From: Rhodosorus marinus CCMP1338
Lineage: Eukaryota > Plantae > Rhodophyta
Assembly: GCA_029953675.1 (NCBI GenBank)
Contig: JAMWBK010000005.1
Coordinates: 2,666,001 to 2,730,000, forward strand
DNA length: 64,000 bases
Reading direction: 5' to 3'
How positions within the stretch are numbered: position 1 is the first letter of the stretch; the number at the start of each line of letters is the position of its first letter. The notes below the pieces were generated by a model. That model did no database searches. It saw only the letters and a list, made by a program, of their open reading frames with translations, and was not told the DNA's origin. Both the position numbers and the translations under genes were made by a program. Of the stretch, positions 36,906 to 46,887 are shown in pieces.

Positions 36906-39281
36906 CTAGCCGCTGCACGAGGTACATGCCTCGGGATTGTCAATTGAGCAAGCAATCCCTTCCAGGTATGGGGAAGGCGTGGGCCGGGCTTTGACCGCTT
37001 CAGCTTCCAGCGTAAACTTGATTGCGTTTGCAGCCGGCTTCGTTCGCAAATAGTACATGCCCGTCTTCAAGCCAGATTTCCATCCGTGGAAGTGCATTGA
37101 GCTGAGCTTCGCAATGTTAGGTGCACTCATGTGAACGTTTAGGCTCTGGCTCTGATCAATGTACGCCCCGCGTTCAGCGCCCATGTCAAGAATTCTCTTC
37201 TGAGAAACCTCCCAAACTGTCTTATACAGCGCACGGAGGTCTTCGGGCAGCTCCTGAATTCCCTGAACAGATCCGTTGTTTGCGATAATTTTGTTCTTGA
37301 TCATTGGGTTCCACATTCCAAGGGCCTGCAGATCTCGGACCAAGTGCTGGTTTACAATCGTAAACTCTCCAGCGAGCACTCTCCTCGTGTATAGATTGGA
37401 TGTGTACGGCTCGAAGCATTCATTGTTACCCAGGATCTGAGACGTTGATGCAGTCGGCATCGGCGCAACGAGCAAGGAGTTTCTGAGACCGTGCTTCTTC
37501 ATCTTTTCTTTCAGTTCTTCCCAGTCCCATCTACCAGAGTCCGGCTCTACCCCCCAAAGGTCGAACTGCAACCGGCCCTGCGATGCAGGACTTCCTCCAT
37601 ACGTTGAGTATGGGCCTTCAATTTCCGCCAACTCCACAGACGTCTCAACAGCGGCAAAGTAAATGGTTTCAAAAATGTGACGATTCAAAGCCCGCGCTTC
37701 ATCACTTTCGAATGGATATCTCATCAAGATAAAGGTATCCGCAAGCCCTTGCACTCCAAGACCGATTGGGCGATGCCTCAGGTTTGAGTTTGCAGCCTCC
37801 GCCAGAGGATAGTAGTTACGGTCGATGATCTTATTCAGGTTCCTGGTAACTGTCTTCGTGACACTCCGAAGAAGCTTGTGGTTGAACTCCGGCTCCCCGC
37901 GATCATTCGTAGCAACAAATCGCGGAAGTGCCAGAGAAGCGAGGTTGCACACAGCTACTTCGTCAGGTGCTGTGTATTCTACGATCTCAGTACATAGGTT
38001 ACTGCACTTGATAGTCCCGAGGTTCTGTTGGTTGCTCTTGCTGTTGCACGCATCCTTGTACAGCATGTACGGGGTTCCAGTCTCTATCTGGGCATCTAAT
38101 ATTGAGAACCATAACTTGCGAGCCTCGACGGTCTTTCTGGCTCGTCCTTCAGCTTCATACTTCTCAAAAAGCTTCTTGAAATCCTCACCCCAGGTATCCG
38201 CAAGACCCGGGGCCTCGCTCGGACAGAAAAGCGACCAAGTTCCGTTCTGCTCCACTCGCTCCATGAACAGGTCAGGAATCCAGAGAGCGTAGAACAAGTC
38301 TCTAGCCCGGGACTCTTCCTTCCCATGGTTCTTCCTCAGGTCGATGAAATCGAAGATGTCGGCATGCCATGGTTCCAAGTACACCGCAAAAGCACCTTTC
38401 CTTTTACCACCTCCCTGGTCAACGTAGCGAGCAGTATTGTTGAAAACACGAAGCATCGGCACGATACCATTCGAGGTTCCGTTCGTCCCTCGAATATACG
38501 AATGAGAAGCCCTGACGTCGTGAATAGATAGTCCAATGCCCCCAGCGTTCTTCGAGATGACTGCACACCGCTTCAGAGTATCGTAGATACCTTCAATAGA
38601 GTCTTCCGTCATCGAGAGCAAGAAGCACGACGACATCTGCGGCCGGGGAGTTCCCGAGTTGAAAAGTGTAGGCGACGCATGGGTGAAGAACTTGTTGGAC
38701 AAGTAGTTATACGTCTCAATAGCAGATTCAACATCGGACATGTGGATACCGACAGAAACACGCATGAGCAAGTGCTGCGGTCTCTCGACAATCTTTCCGT
38801 TCACCTTGAGCAAGTAGGATCTTTCCAAAGTTTTGAACCCAAAGTAGTCATAAGAAAAGTCTCGATCGTATATGATTGCACCGTCGAGCACATCACAATT
38901 CTTCATGACGACCTGGTATACCTCTTCCGAAATGAGAGGAGCCTCCTGTCCGTTTGCAGGGTTCACATAGTCACGCAGTATCTGTATCGTCTTTGAGAAC
39001 GCTTTGGTGGTGTTCTTGTGCAGATTAGAAACAGCAATCCGTGACGCCAGCTGGGAGTAGTCATGGTGCTTCGTGGACATGTACGCAGCCGTCTCTGCCG
39101 CAAGGTCGTCCAACTCTGTCGTCGTTACACCATCGTAAACACCGGATGTCACCTTCTGGGCGACCTCAGTGACGTCCACAATAGGATCCAGCCCGTACGA
39201 GAGCTGCCGAATTCTCGCAGTGATCTTGTCGAACTGCACAGGCTGCCGCCTTCCATCTCGCTTTACCACACACCGCTCCAT
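36906..39281 (-). CDS. RRM1: Ribonucleoside-diphosphate reductase large subunit (class Ia), 791 aa, intronless
   Basis: ATP-cone [53 protein letters not shown] and the C-terminal CxxC (ACTSCSG). Confidence 0.98.
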   Translation of the reverse strand: MERCVVKRDGRRQPVQFDKITARIRQLSYGLDPIVDVTEVAQKVTSGVYDGVTTTELDDLAAETAAYMSTKHHDYSQLASRIAVSNLHKNTTKAFSKTIQILRDYVNPANGQEAPLISEEVYQVVMKNCDVLDGAIIYDRDFSYDYFGFKTLERSYLLKVNGKIVERPQHLLMRVSVGIHMSDVESAIETYNYLSNKFFTHASPTLFNSGTPRPQMSSCFLLSMTEDSIEGIYDTLKRCAVISKNAGGIGLSIHDVRASHSYIRGTNGTSNGIVPMLRVFNNTARYVDQGGGKRKGAFAVYLEPWHADIFDFIDLRKNHGKEESRARDLFYALWIPDLFMERVEQNGTWSLFCPSEAPGLADTWGEDFKKLFEKYEAEGRARKTVEARKLWFSILDAQIETGTPYMLYKDACNSKSNQQNLGTIKCSNLCTEIVEYTAPDEVAVCNLASLALPRFVATNDRGEPEFNHKLLRSVTKTVTRNLNKIIDRNYYPLAEAANSNLRHRPIGLGVQGLADTFILMRYPFESDEARALNRHIFETIYFAAVETSVELAEIEGPYSTYGGSPASQGRLQFDLWGVEPDSGRWDWEELKEKMKKHGLRNSLLVAPMPTASTSQILGNNECFEPYTSNLYTRRVLAGEFTIVNQHLVRDLQALGMWNPMIKNKIIANNGSVQGIQELPEDLRALYKTVWEVSQKRILDMGAERGAYIDQSQSLNVHMSAPNIAKLSSMHFHGWKSGLKTGMYYLRTKPAANAIKFTLEAEAVKARPTPSPYLEGIACSIDNPEACTSCSG

Positions 39282-39784
39282 GTCTGAGCTAACTCGCCCC
39301 GAAAGAAAAACAGAAAAGAGCTAGTTCAAGATGGTTCGAAAATGGGTCAATCCATAACCAAGTCTCCAAACTCCTTTCTCCTAACCTCCTCGCTCCAACC
39401 ACCCCAGCTGATAGAACCCTACTCTTCCACTTAAAAGCACTTACCGAAATCCTCCGTTGCCAGCCAGCAGTCCAAGAAAGATTACGACAAAAACAAAACC
39501 TGTCCAATTCCCTTGTGGAAAACCGGACATCACGTGCAGCCGGTCTCCCAATCCGATCACCCCGTGCAGTTGTCCTCTAATTCCCGGTAAAGCTTCTTAA
39601 TTAATTTAAAAAACATTTTCATACTTTCAACTAAGATTTCTTTCCCCCCCGTTCTTTTCTTGATAATCTTAGATCCACATTTTGAATCTCAAGAGAGGAC
39701 ATTTCAATTTTTGGGATGTACTCATATTCCGCTTGCACTGCACTTTCGTTTTTCATAGCCAATGGTTATATTTACCGGTAAATA

Positions 39785-39797
39785 TTTTGCCGGGAAA
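39785..39797. promoter_or_regulatory. E2F-like element upstream of RNR large subunit
   Basis: TTTTGCCGGGAAA lies about 500 bp upstream of the RNR ATG in the divergent promoter. E2F control of RNR genes is established in plants and animals. Confidence 0.4.
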
Positions 39798-40144
39798 TAG
39801 TGCTCTCGTGGGATGATTTGGGTTCCGGAAATCTCGTCCCAATCGTGCTGGTGACTAGTTTTCTAGATGGAACGAGTGGCGTTTTCAGGCACGGTTTTCC
39901 CAGTGCGGTTCTTGCCCGTTCAACGTTGTTTTATGCTTCGTGATCTGCTTCCGGAGATGTCTACATTGCGAACAAGAATGCCCTGAAGCATACCCTCATG
40001 CATAAGGACAGTCTGTCCGGAATCCCTGCGTGGATTCGATCCCGGTGAGAAGGACCAATTGATCACTACCATGCTGACATGAGGAATAAGCTCAGTAGGA
40101 ATCTGTCGTCCGCGATGGGGACTGCTGGGCACTAACATTCTGAC

Positions 40145-40760
40145 ATGGGTACGACGAGCTTACTCGCTTTTCAAGGACGGACTTGTTTCGTCGGTCCGGG
40201 TGCGAATCAAAAAGGCTGCCCTTATGCGCTAGTGCAAACCCTGGCTTGCTCGAGGTCCCGTAGCTCCCGGAGGTACGTGTTGATGAGCTCTGTGGCGATA
40301 TCGACTAAAACGTGTATTAGATGTGGGTCGCAATTTTCCGAAGGAGATAACCATGCTCGTGCTGTAAGTGTCTGATCGAAAGAAAATGGACTGCTCCATA
40401 TAGCCAAGCCAGAGTCTTGCCTTAAGTCGGAAACCTTTCGATGCTTTCTAGTGCCTGTTCCACGGCGATATATGCGGAAATGAATTGAACTACAACCTTT
40501 ACGAAGATCATCACTTCGATGACCCAAGCTTGGACGACAAGCCTGGTCCTCGATTCGCTGGCCGATGGGCCTGCTGCCAGGACACAGACTCTGATGCTCA
40601 ACCGTGCAAGTACGGATGGCACGTAACCTATGATTCGGACCCTACGGTAAGAACCAGACGACTAACCACCTGTGGCGAGCTTGCGCCCTAGACTGATGCT
40701 CGTTGCTGCTCTTCTCTTCTCCAGATACGGCAACAGGACATCAGCTTCGCAGTGAAGTAG
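40145..40760 (+). CDS. Small CHORD-like Cys/His zinc-binding protein with probable plastid transit peptide (exons 40145-40363, 40452-40646, 40725-40760)
   Basis: The spliced product reads CIRCGSQFSEGDNHARA|CLFHG...RWACCQDTDSDAQPCKYGWHVTYD. Both introns are GT-AG and phase 0. The N-terminus is S/R-rich and acid-free. Confidence 0.75.
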
Positions 40761-40992
40761 ACGCTGATGATGCGTATGCTTTTCAAGTCCTAGCAAAGTC
40801 TGCGAACCACAGCTGTTCACTTTGTTGGTTTGCTAAATTTTCGCCGTTAGCGCGCTCGATAAGATTTTGCTTAGACTTGTTCCCACAAAGTTTTCTAGAC
40901 ATATGTCCAAGACTTGGAACTGTGAGCTTCGACCTCGTTCAAGTTTCATGCTTGCTGAAAGTTCACGCTCATAGGAAAGGGCTTGATCAAGT

Positions 40993-42035
40993 CTAAGAGA
41001 TGCCTATAATCGACCTGCAGTCAGATTCCTCCCCTAAGGCGATGAAGCATTCCAAGCGCATTCTGCGAGTTTCTTGTCTTCTCCTTACAGCCTCGGAAGC
41101 AGATGTGGAGGCTTTACTGCACTGGGAGGAAATCTCCGAGTCCGTTTCTGCCGCCATCTGCAATCGGGAGTGCTTCGGGGAAGTTCGAGCTGCTTGCCTG
41201 CCAGCATCATGCTTACTTGACTTTTGCTTGCTACCTAAACTGCTCTTCATTTGTGAGGTGCCTACACGTGAGGGGAGGTGTGGCCGTTTTTGGCGTGCAA
41301 TGTCCTTGCGCTCCTTGAGGGCACTTTTGAGGGTCTCAAACACCTCTGTAACTTGTGAGTCAGCTCCTGCCCAGCCGGGCGTCTTTCTCGATCCTCGAGG
41401 AATGTGGGAGGAGTGTCCGGACCTTCGTGCGATCCTCGCATGAGGTTCGTGCGATTGCTGAATGTCAGAACCCCCATCTCTGACAATTTTAGGAACTTTG
41501 TCGATACGAGGCTTGGGGATGTCTCGACTATCGGGAACTCGAGGTTTCATACATCCTCGACGTGTCTCGAATGCTGACATATCGTTTAAGCCGATGTTCA
41601 GCCGTGGTTCTTCAGCTTTGTATCCTTCTCCTTCTTGACCGCCTTGAAGTATGTGGGGCTCGTCCTTTCTACTGGACTGGAAACCGATTTCGGTCTCGGT
41701 TTCACTGCAATCCTCGTTTTCCCATAAGCTCATTGAGAAAATTTCTGCGGGCAAAAACGAATCAGGTCTGAGCAAGTGAGCCCGAGAACATCCAGAGGAG
41801 GCCGAAACGAACGGCCGGAGAAATCTTTCCCGAGCAAGCTAGGGTCGTAAAAACAAAAACTACCGAGGTCACTTGCTCGTCCTGAAACTGAGCCTACTTC
41901 GGGCGGTAGCTCATCAGTCTCCGTAGATTGCTCGTCAGTCTCTGCTCTTGCCCAATTAGGAACTATTTCTACCTCCAGTCGGGGAGTAAAAGATCTCCGA
42001 CCAGAACAACGCTGAGCAGTATTCATTCCGTCCAT
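40993..42035 (-). CDS. Hypothetical low-complexity S/R/K-rich protein (probably 2 exons)
   Basis: Consecutive minus ORFs 41730-42047 and 40993-41775 with coding-like composition. No recognisable domain. Confidence 0.55.
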
Positions 42036-42260
42036 AAACCAAGACAAGCCAACCCGCCTCTTGCTACCCTGTTCCGACCTCGCACACTACAAACGACCTC
42101 CTACAGATTCAAATCAGCCCAATCTCCTTGCAGCTAATCATCCTTATGACAAGATGAACACTCTACCTCAAGCCCTGCAGAGTTCTCAGCCTTACCCACG
42201 TCGTCCAGGAACGCCGAAGCGTGCACTAAACGAAAGCGTTTTCCTCAACGACTGTTCTGG

Positions 42261-42540
42261 CAACATCGGTCAATAATCATTGCCCCAGGGCCAAGCCACC
42301 TGCGAACGTAACAATGGCCTCCTATGGCCCTTGCAGGGTAACATTGGTCAACCATGGCCCAAGGGGTTAACTTTTCTCAGAAGGTAACATTGGTATGCAA
42401 GGGCTCTGTTGGTCAACCCTTCTCGAAAGCTAGCATTCGTCAGCAACGGTCCCAGGTCAACTCCTGAGCTTAACGTCGGTCAGCGATGGGCCCCAGGGTC
42501 AACGTACCTCCGAAGGCAAAGTTGATCCACAATCAACCTA
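42261..42540. repeat. Degenerate ~40-46-bp tandem repeat array (about 6 units)
   Basis: Units resemble taacattggtcaaccatggccc.agggtcaac...cgaagg. GGTCAA recurs at 42268, 42346, 42411, 42455 and 42497. Confidence 0.7.
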
Positions 42541-42563
42541 GAACGTAACCCTATTCTACCTGT

Positions 42564-42633
42564 GTGATTTCGCTCTCCATCGCTTTACTAGCCAGAAAAC
42601 TCATCAGGGCTAATGTGATACGTACCCCATCAC
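42564..42633 (-). ncRNA. Possible degenerate type III hammerhead ribozyme
   Basis: The minus strand reads GUGAU-G-GGGUA-loop-UAGCC-CUGAUGA-GUUUUC-loop-GAGAGC-GAAA-UCAC. The core is intact, stem II has 6 bp (2 G-U), stem III has 5 bp, and stem I has 4 of 5 bp. N17 is G, which is non-canonical. Confidence 0.25.
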
Positions 42634-43024
42634 GGGACGGGACTCTCCTCATGCCGTGCACCGGAGCTGGACAAGCAAGGTCGAGCGGGTTTAGTCCTCA
42701 CAAAATACATATTTCCCGATTCTTCTTCATGACAATGAGGCTTCTTCCATAAGAAATACGGAGGACTCTGGAGCTGAATCTACTGTCCCGCTTAACATCA
42801 GGAGGAGACCCGCACCTCAGAACCCGCCCCGATCCCTCATAACCAAATGAATTTTGTTCAATTATTCAATACTACGCTCGTCGCACAGTGTGAGCAATAA
42901 ATACCCAGACGACTGAATGAGAAACCCTAAGTTTCTATATAAAGACGAGCGAAATCACCGATTTGGATCTAGAAAACGAGAAACAATCTTCGTTCCGGTC
43001 TAATAGTAACTATTATTTAATAGG

Positions 43025-43064
43025 CCAATCTTGGACTCTCAAATAACCAATCAGTTCCCGCGCC
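43025..43064 (+). promoter_or_regulatory. Two CCAAT boxes plus an E2F-like TTCCCGCG element
   Basis: ccaat at 43025 and 43047, then ttcccgcgcc at 43055-43064, about 480 bp upstream of the ATG at 43548. Confidence 0.35.
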
Positions 43065-43547
43065 GGGTGTCGCGCTTGTTCAGGTGCCTTCTGACTAGAA
43101 GGCTCTAGAACAGTGCGTTCAACGATTTAACCGTGGACAACACCATCCATACAAGTTTTTATTTAATCGTCACTCTAATAAATTTACTATTAATGTGTAT
43201 GTTTCACAAAACTATTTTTCTAATATGTAATAATTAAGGATATGGATTGTGACATATATATTTTCTTTCCGATGCAAAAAGTTCGATGAATTTCAGGTTT
43301 TTGTAGGGTGTTAACAATATATATATGGTTTAATTGTTGAATGGTAGCATATATCACTAGGGAGTTATTGGTTTTCTCTGGAATGTCATGGAAAGGAAGC
43401 GGAAAAGTACATTTTTTCATGGGGGAGGTGAGGAGGGGTAGATAGCGTGGCTGGATGAACTGCTCCGGCGATTAGGGTAGAATGTATATGATGGTACTAC
43501 ACTTTCAGCCAGCTTAACCGGCTTCTCGAGAGGAGAATGAGACTGCT

Positions 43548-44150
43548 ATGTCTGAGGGAGAGAATGAGAACTTGGAGATGGAAACTATGATAGGAACTGC
43601 TACACCCGATCTCGGGGGGGGATTCGGGACGGATGGGATGTCTCTTGTGGGGGATGATGGAATTGTTGGGTTCAAACGCCGGTGCACGGATACAGAGCAG
43701 TATGCAGAAGATGAAATTTTGAATGACACCTGCAGGGCCTCGAAGAGATACTTGTCCAGCTCGCTGGCTACCCAGCTTCGATCTTTGCGACTTGGTGAGA
43801 AATCCGCCGGCTCTTCTTCGCAAAATGCCCCGGGATATGGCACGGAAAACGTACATGATATGGACTACTTTGAACCAGGGATGGGTGGATCACAACCGAC
43901 AACTTCTGAAGTGCCGAAGAGAGCTAGTCACGGTCAAGAGACAGCTATTATTGTTTACCAGCCTGTTGGGATGAGGCTCGAGGCTACTAGCCTGCTAGAT
44001 GTGGTGCAGAAGCGAATACTGGAACAGGGCATGGCGTGTCAGGATAATTCCAGTATGGCAATAATCCCGTATGAAAGGGCACTGACATTAGAGGAAATGC
44101 ACGAAAAACGAAATCGCGATACAACCGATAAGGAGTCCATGATGATGTAA
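43548..44150 (+). CDS. Hypothetical 200-aa acidic protein with short motifs reminiscent of CCDC117/HCFC1R1
   Basis: Single ORF from ATG to stop. Motifs ASKRYLSSSLATQLRSLRL, TAIIVYQP and MAIIPY sit in an otherwise disordered sequence. Confidence 0.65.
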   Translation: MSEGENENLEMETMIGTATPDLGGGFGTDGMSLVGDDGIVGFKRRCTDTEQYAEDEILNDTCRASKRYLSSSLATQLRSLRLGEKSAGSSSQNAPGYGTENVHDMDYFEPGMGGSQPTTSEVPKRASHGQETAIIVYQPVGMRLEATSLLDVVQKRILEQGMACQDNSSMAIIPYERALTLEEMHEKRNRDTTDKESMMM

Positions 44151-44647
44151 CCTTTACCGAACAGCCAACTACTGTGGCATTGACTGGGCTCGAAAGTTGT
44201 TTCATAGCGAAGTAACTACGCTTGTAACTTGTAAAATCATTTATTCACTTATCAGTTCGTTCATTATTAATCAAGACCGTTGAAAGCTTCTAGTTCGGTA
44301 TAGTTCAAACTAAGCATTAGAAGTCACCAACGCGTGAAAGGCGAACATTGTTCTGCTGCCTGATTATTTTGCCTTGCTCAACCAGTTCTCAGCAAGGTTG
44401 ATTGGAGATGCACGCAACGCAGCAAAAGCAAATTCAGAAGCCATAGCCAGGCATGCAATTGCGTGGACAACCGACCGATGATACTACCCCTAACCTTCCC
44501 TGTGTGTTGACGGTTTACAATCAAAGTTCATGACTCGAGTAATTCAGGAAAACCACAACCGCTGCTACAACAGCCTCAAAAAGAAAATCGTGTTCAGTAC
44601 CCCTTCGCTAACCTACAGGTTACAACAGGTGTCCAAAAGTACCTGCG

Positions 44648-44869
44648 ACTACAATCCAAACCAAAAAAAAGAAAAAAGCAAACCTACAAACTGTCCTTAC
44701 ATTAGTACCTAGTACAGTCTCGTACGGAGTAAGAAACATAAAAATACGTTAATCCATCAAACTACAATCCAAACTCTAAAAAAAAGAAAACCGACAAACT
44801 GTCCTTCCAATTGTACCTAGTACAATTTCGTACGCGAGGAAAAAAGTAAGAATACGTTAATCAATCAAA
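44648..44869. repeat. Direct tandem duplication, 113-bp period, two diverged copies
   Basis: actacaatccaaac...caaactgtcctt...gtacctagtaca...tcgtacg...aatacgttaatc.atcaaa begins at 44648 and again at 44761. Confidence 0.85.
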
Positions 44870-45031
44870 AATCCTAATTGATTGAATATCTGATCGAAAC
44901 GAATCTAAACGTCGGAAAAACGCCCTTTGGAGGTGGATAGCTGATTATTCTTTGAATATTTTATTATTTGCTTTCTTGGTGTATAAAGCAAGTTGCCAGT
45001 GGGCATATCTGGTTGGTGTGTACGACGAGGG

Positions 45032-45099
45032 TATATATAAGGGACGAATCGATCGGTTTTTGTTGTTGGGGCGGGTGGGAAGAATGGGGGGGGGAGGGG
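45032..45099 (+). promoter_or_regulatory. TATA box (45032-45040) followed by a G-quadruplex-forming motif (45068-45099) in the HIP leader
   Basis: tatatataa, then GGGG-C-GGG-T-GGG-AAGAAT-G9-A-GGGG upstream of the ATG at 45239. Confidence 0.45.
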
Positions 45100-45238
45100 C
45101 GGAGTATTGTCTTTGAAAGGTGGAGAGAAGAGGAATCTGTAACCGGGAGGATTAGTCGCGTTTTTTTGTCTTCTTGGGGGGGTTTTTATCTCCTGATCGG
45201 GCTGCGAGGTTTTTTTTTCGGTGATTGCGTTGGAAGAG

Positions 45239-46747
45239 ATGGATCATGCGGCGGTTGCGGATCTGCAGAAGTTTGTAATGCTTCTGAAGAGCGATGCATC
45301 GATTTGGTATTTACCGGAGCTGAGTTTTTTCAAGGAGTTTGTGGAATCGCTGGGGGGTAAGGTCCCAGCCATGCCTGAGAAGCCGGCAGAGGCTGCTCCA
45401 AAGGTGCCTGCGAGTGGTGAACAACCGAAGGAGGCGGAGCCTGTTGAGCCGGAGTCTGTTGAGCCCGAGCCTGTTGAAGAGGAGGAGGAGGAGGTCGATG
45501 AAATGGAGGGTATTGATGATCCCGAAGTGCTCGCAACTCCCGATGATGACCCTCCTCCACCGATGGGAGATCCAACTCGTGAGCCGTCCGAAAGCGAGAT
45601 GGAGAACATGGTATGAAGCACAAATAGATTCTGTACTTGAGCGTTTGAAATATCTTAGGAAGTTGTTCTCGTTGATCTTACCGGACAGAGCGAGCTCAGG
45701 CAGCAGGCACAGGAACTGGCAGGCTCAGGTGACTTGGAAGGATCGTTGGCTGCATGGAACAAGGTTGTTGAGATCAAACCATCGGCTCTTATTTACGCCA
45801 GACGAGCAGATGTCTTCCTCAAGATGAAGAAGCCGAACGCCGCAATCAGAGACTGTACCGCAGCTCTAGAAATCAACCCGGATTCTGCCAAGGCCCTCAA
45901 AATCCGTGGCAAAGCTCATCGGTACCTAGGAAACTGGGAGGAGTCTGCTCATGACCTTAGCGAGGGTCAGCGAATTGATTTCGACGAGGACACGCTTGAG
46001 GTTCAGAAAGTGGTACGTAGTCAATGAACGGACAGGCGCTCTTGATTGCGCCCAAGGGCAGATTTCTGATCCTTTTTTCGTCTGCGAATCGGTGCTCGAA
46101 AGGTCGATGAAATATGGCACAAGATTCGTGAGAGGCGACTTCACAATGGGGCGATCAGACGAGACAGGGCGGATCGACTCGAGGCAAAAGCGCGGGAAGA
46201 GAAGCTGGCTGCTCGCAGAAAAGCGGCAGCGGAGGCAGTCGCAAGAGAGGCAGAAGAAGAAGCCGCCAAAGCTAGTGCCGGTCCGGGGGCAGAAAACTTT
46301 GCTAACGGGGCGAATTTCCCACCTGAGGTTGCCGAGAAGCTCAAGGTAAGTTAAGCGTAGAATTTGGAGACAGGGGGCCTTGATTTGTCTAAGCGCACAA
46401 GTCCACATCGTTCTTAATCGACTCTTTGGACAATCCAGGATCCCGCGGTCAAGGCTAAGCTCGCAACTATGATGAGCGAAATGCAAAACAACCCGATGGC
46501 CGCAATGCAGTATTTGAATGATCCCGAGCTCGGGCCGATACTTAAGAGCTTTGTTGGCATGGGCGGTATGGGAGGGATGGGTGGCATGGGTGGCATGGGT
46601 GGTATGGGTGGTATGGGTGGTATGGGTGGTATGGGTGGCATGGGTGACATGGGTGGTACGGGCGATGAAGGCGGTGCAGGTGGTGAACAAGCAGCACCTC
46701 CCTCGGGCGTTCCTCCACCGAGGGCGTCCGTGGAAGAAGTGGATTGA
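45239..46747 (+). CDS. ST13: Hsp70-interacting protein HIP/ST13 homolog (TPR co-chaperone; multi-exon)
   Basis: N-terminal dimerisation domain MDHAAVADLQKFV...FFKEFVESLGGKVP, acidic linker, TPRs (YARRADVFLKMKKPNAAIRDCTAALEINPDSAKALKIRGKAHRYLGNWEE), charged region, STI1/DP domain, (GGM)n repeat at about 46558-46657, and the C-terminus SVEEVD. Confidence 0.9.
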
Positions 46748-46887
46748 TGTTGATGGGCTGTTATCTTTTGGTTTTTTGTGAAGTGGCTCAGTCGTGCATT
46801 TCCCAGTGAGAAGCTCGAGAGACAAGATCCAGCAAGAAAGTTACAGCATGATTGTTAAATAGAAGAGAGCCTGAGGAGTTCTTGCTT

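Noticed and set aside
42261-42540. CRISPR-like interpretation of the ~45-bp array
   Set aside because: Eukaryotic context, units degenerate along their whole length, no constant repeat with unique spacers, and no cas genes.
46414-46650. Minus ORF with (PPI/PPM)n repeats
   Set aside because: Antisense shadow of the HIP (GGM)n repeat.
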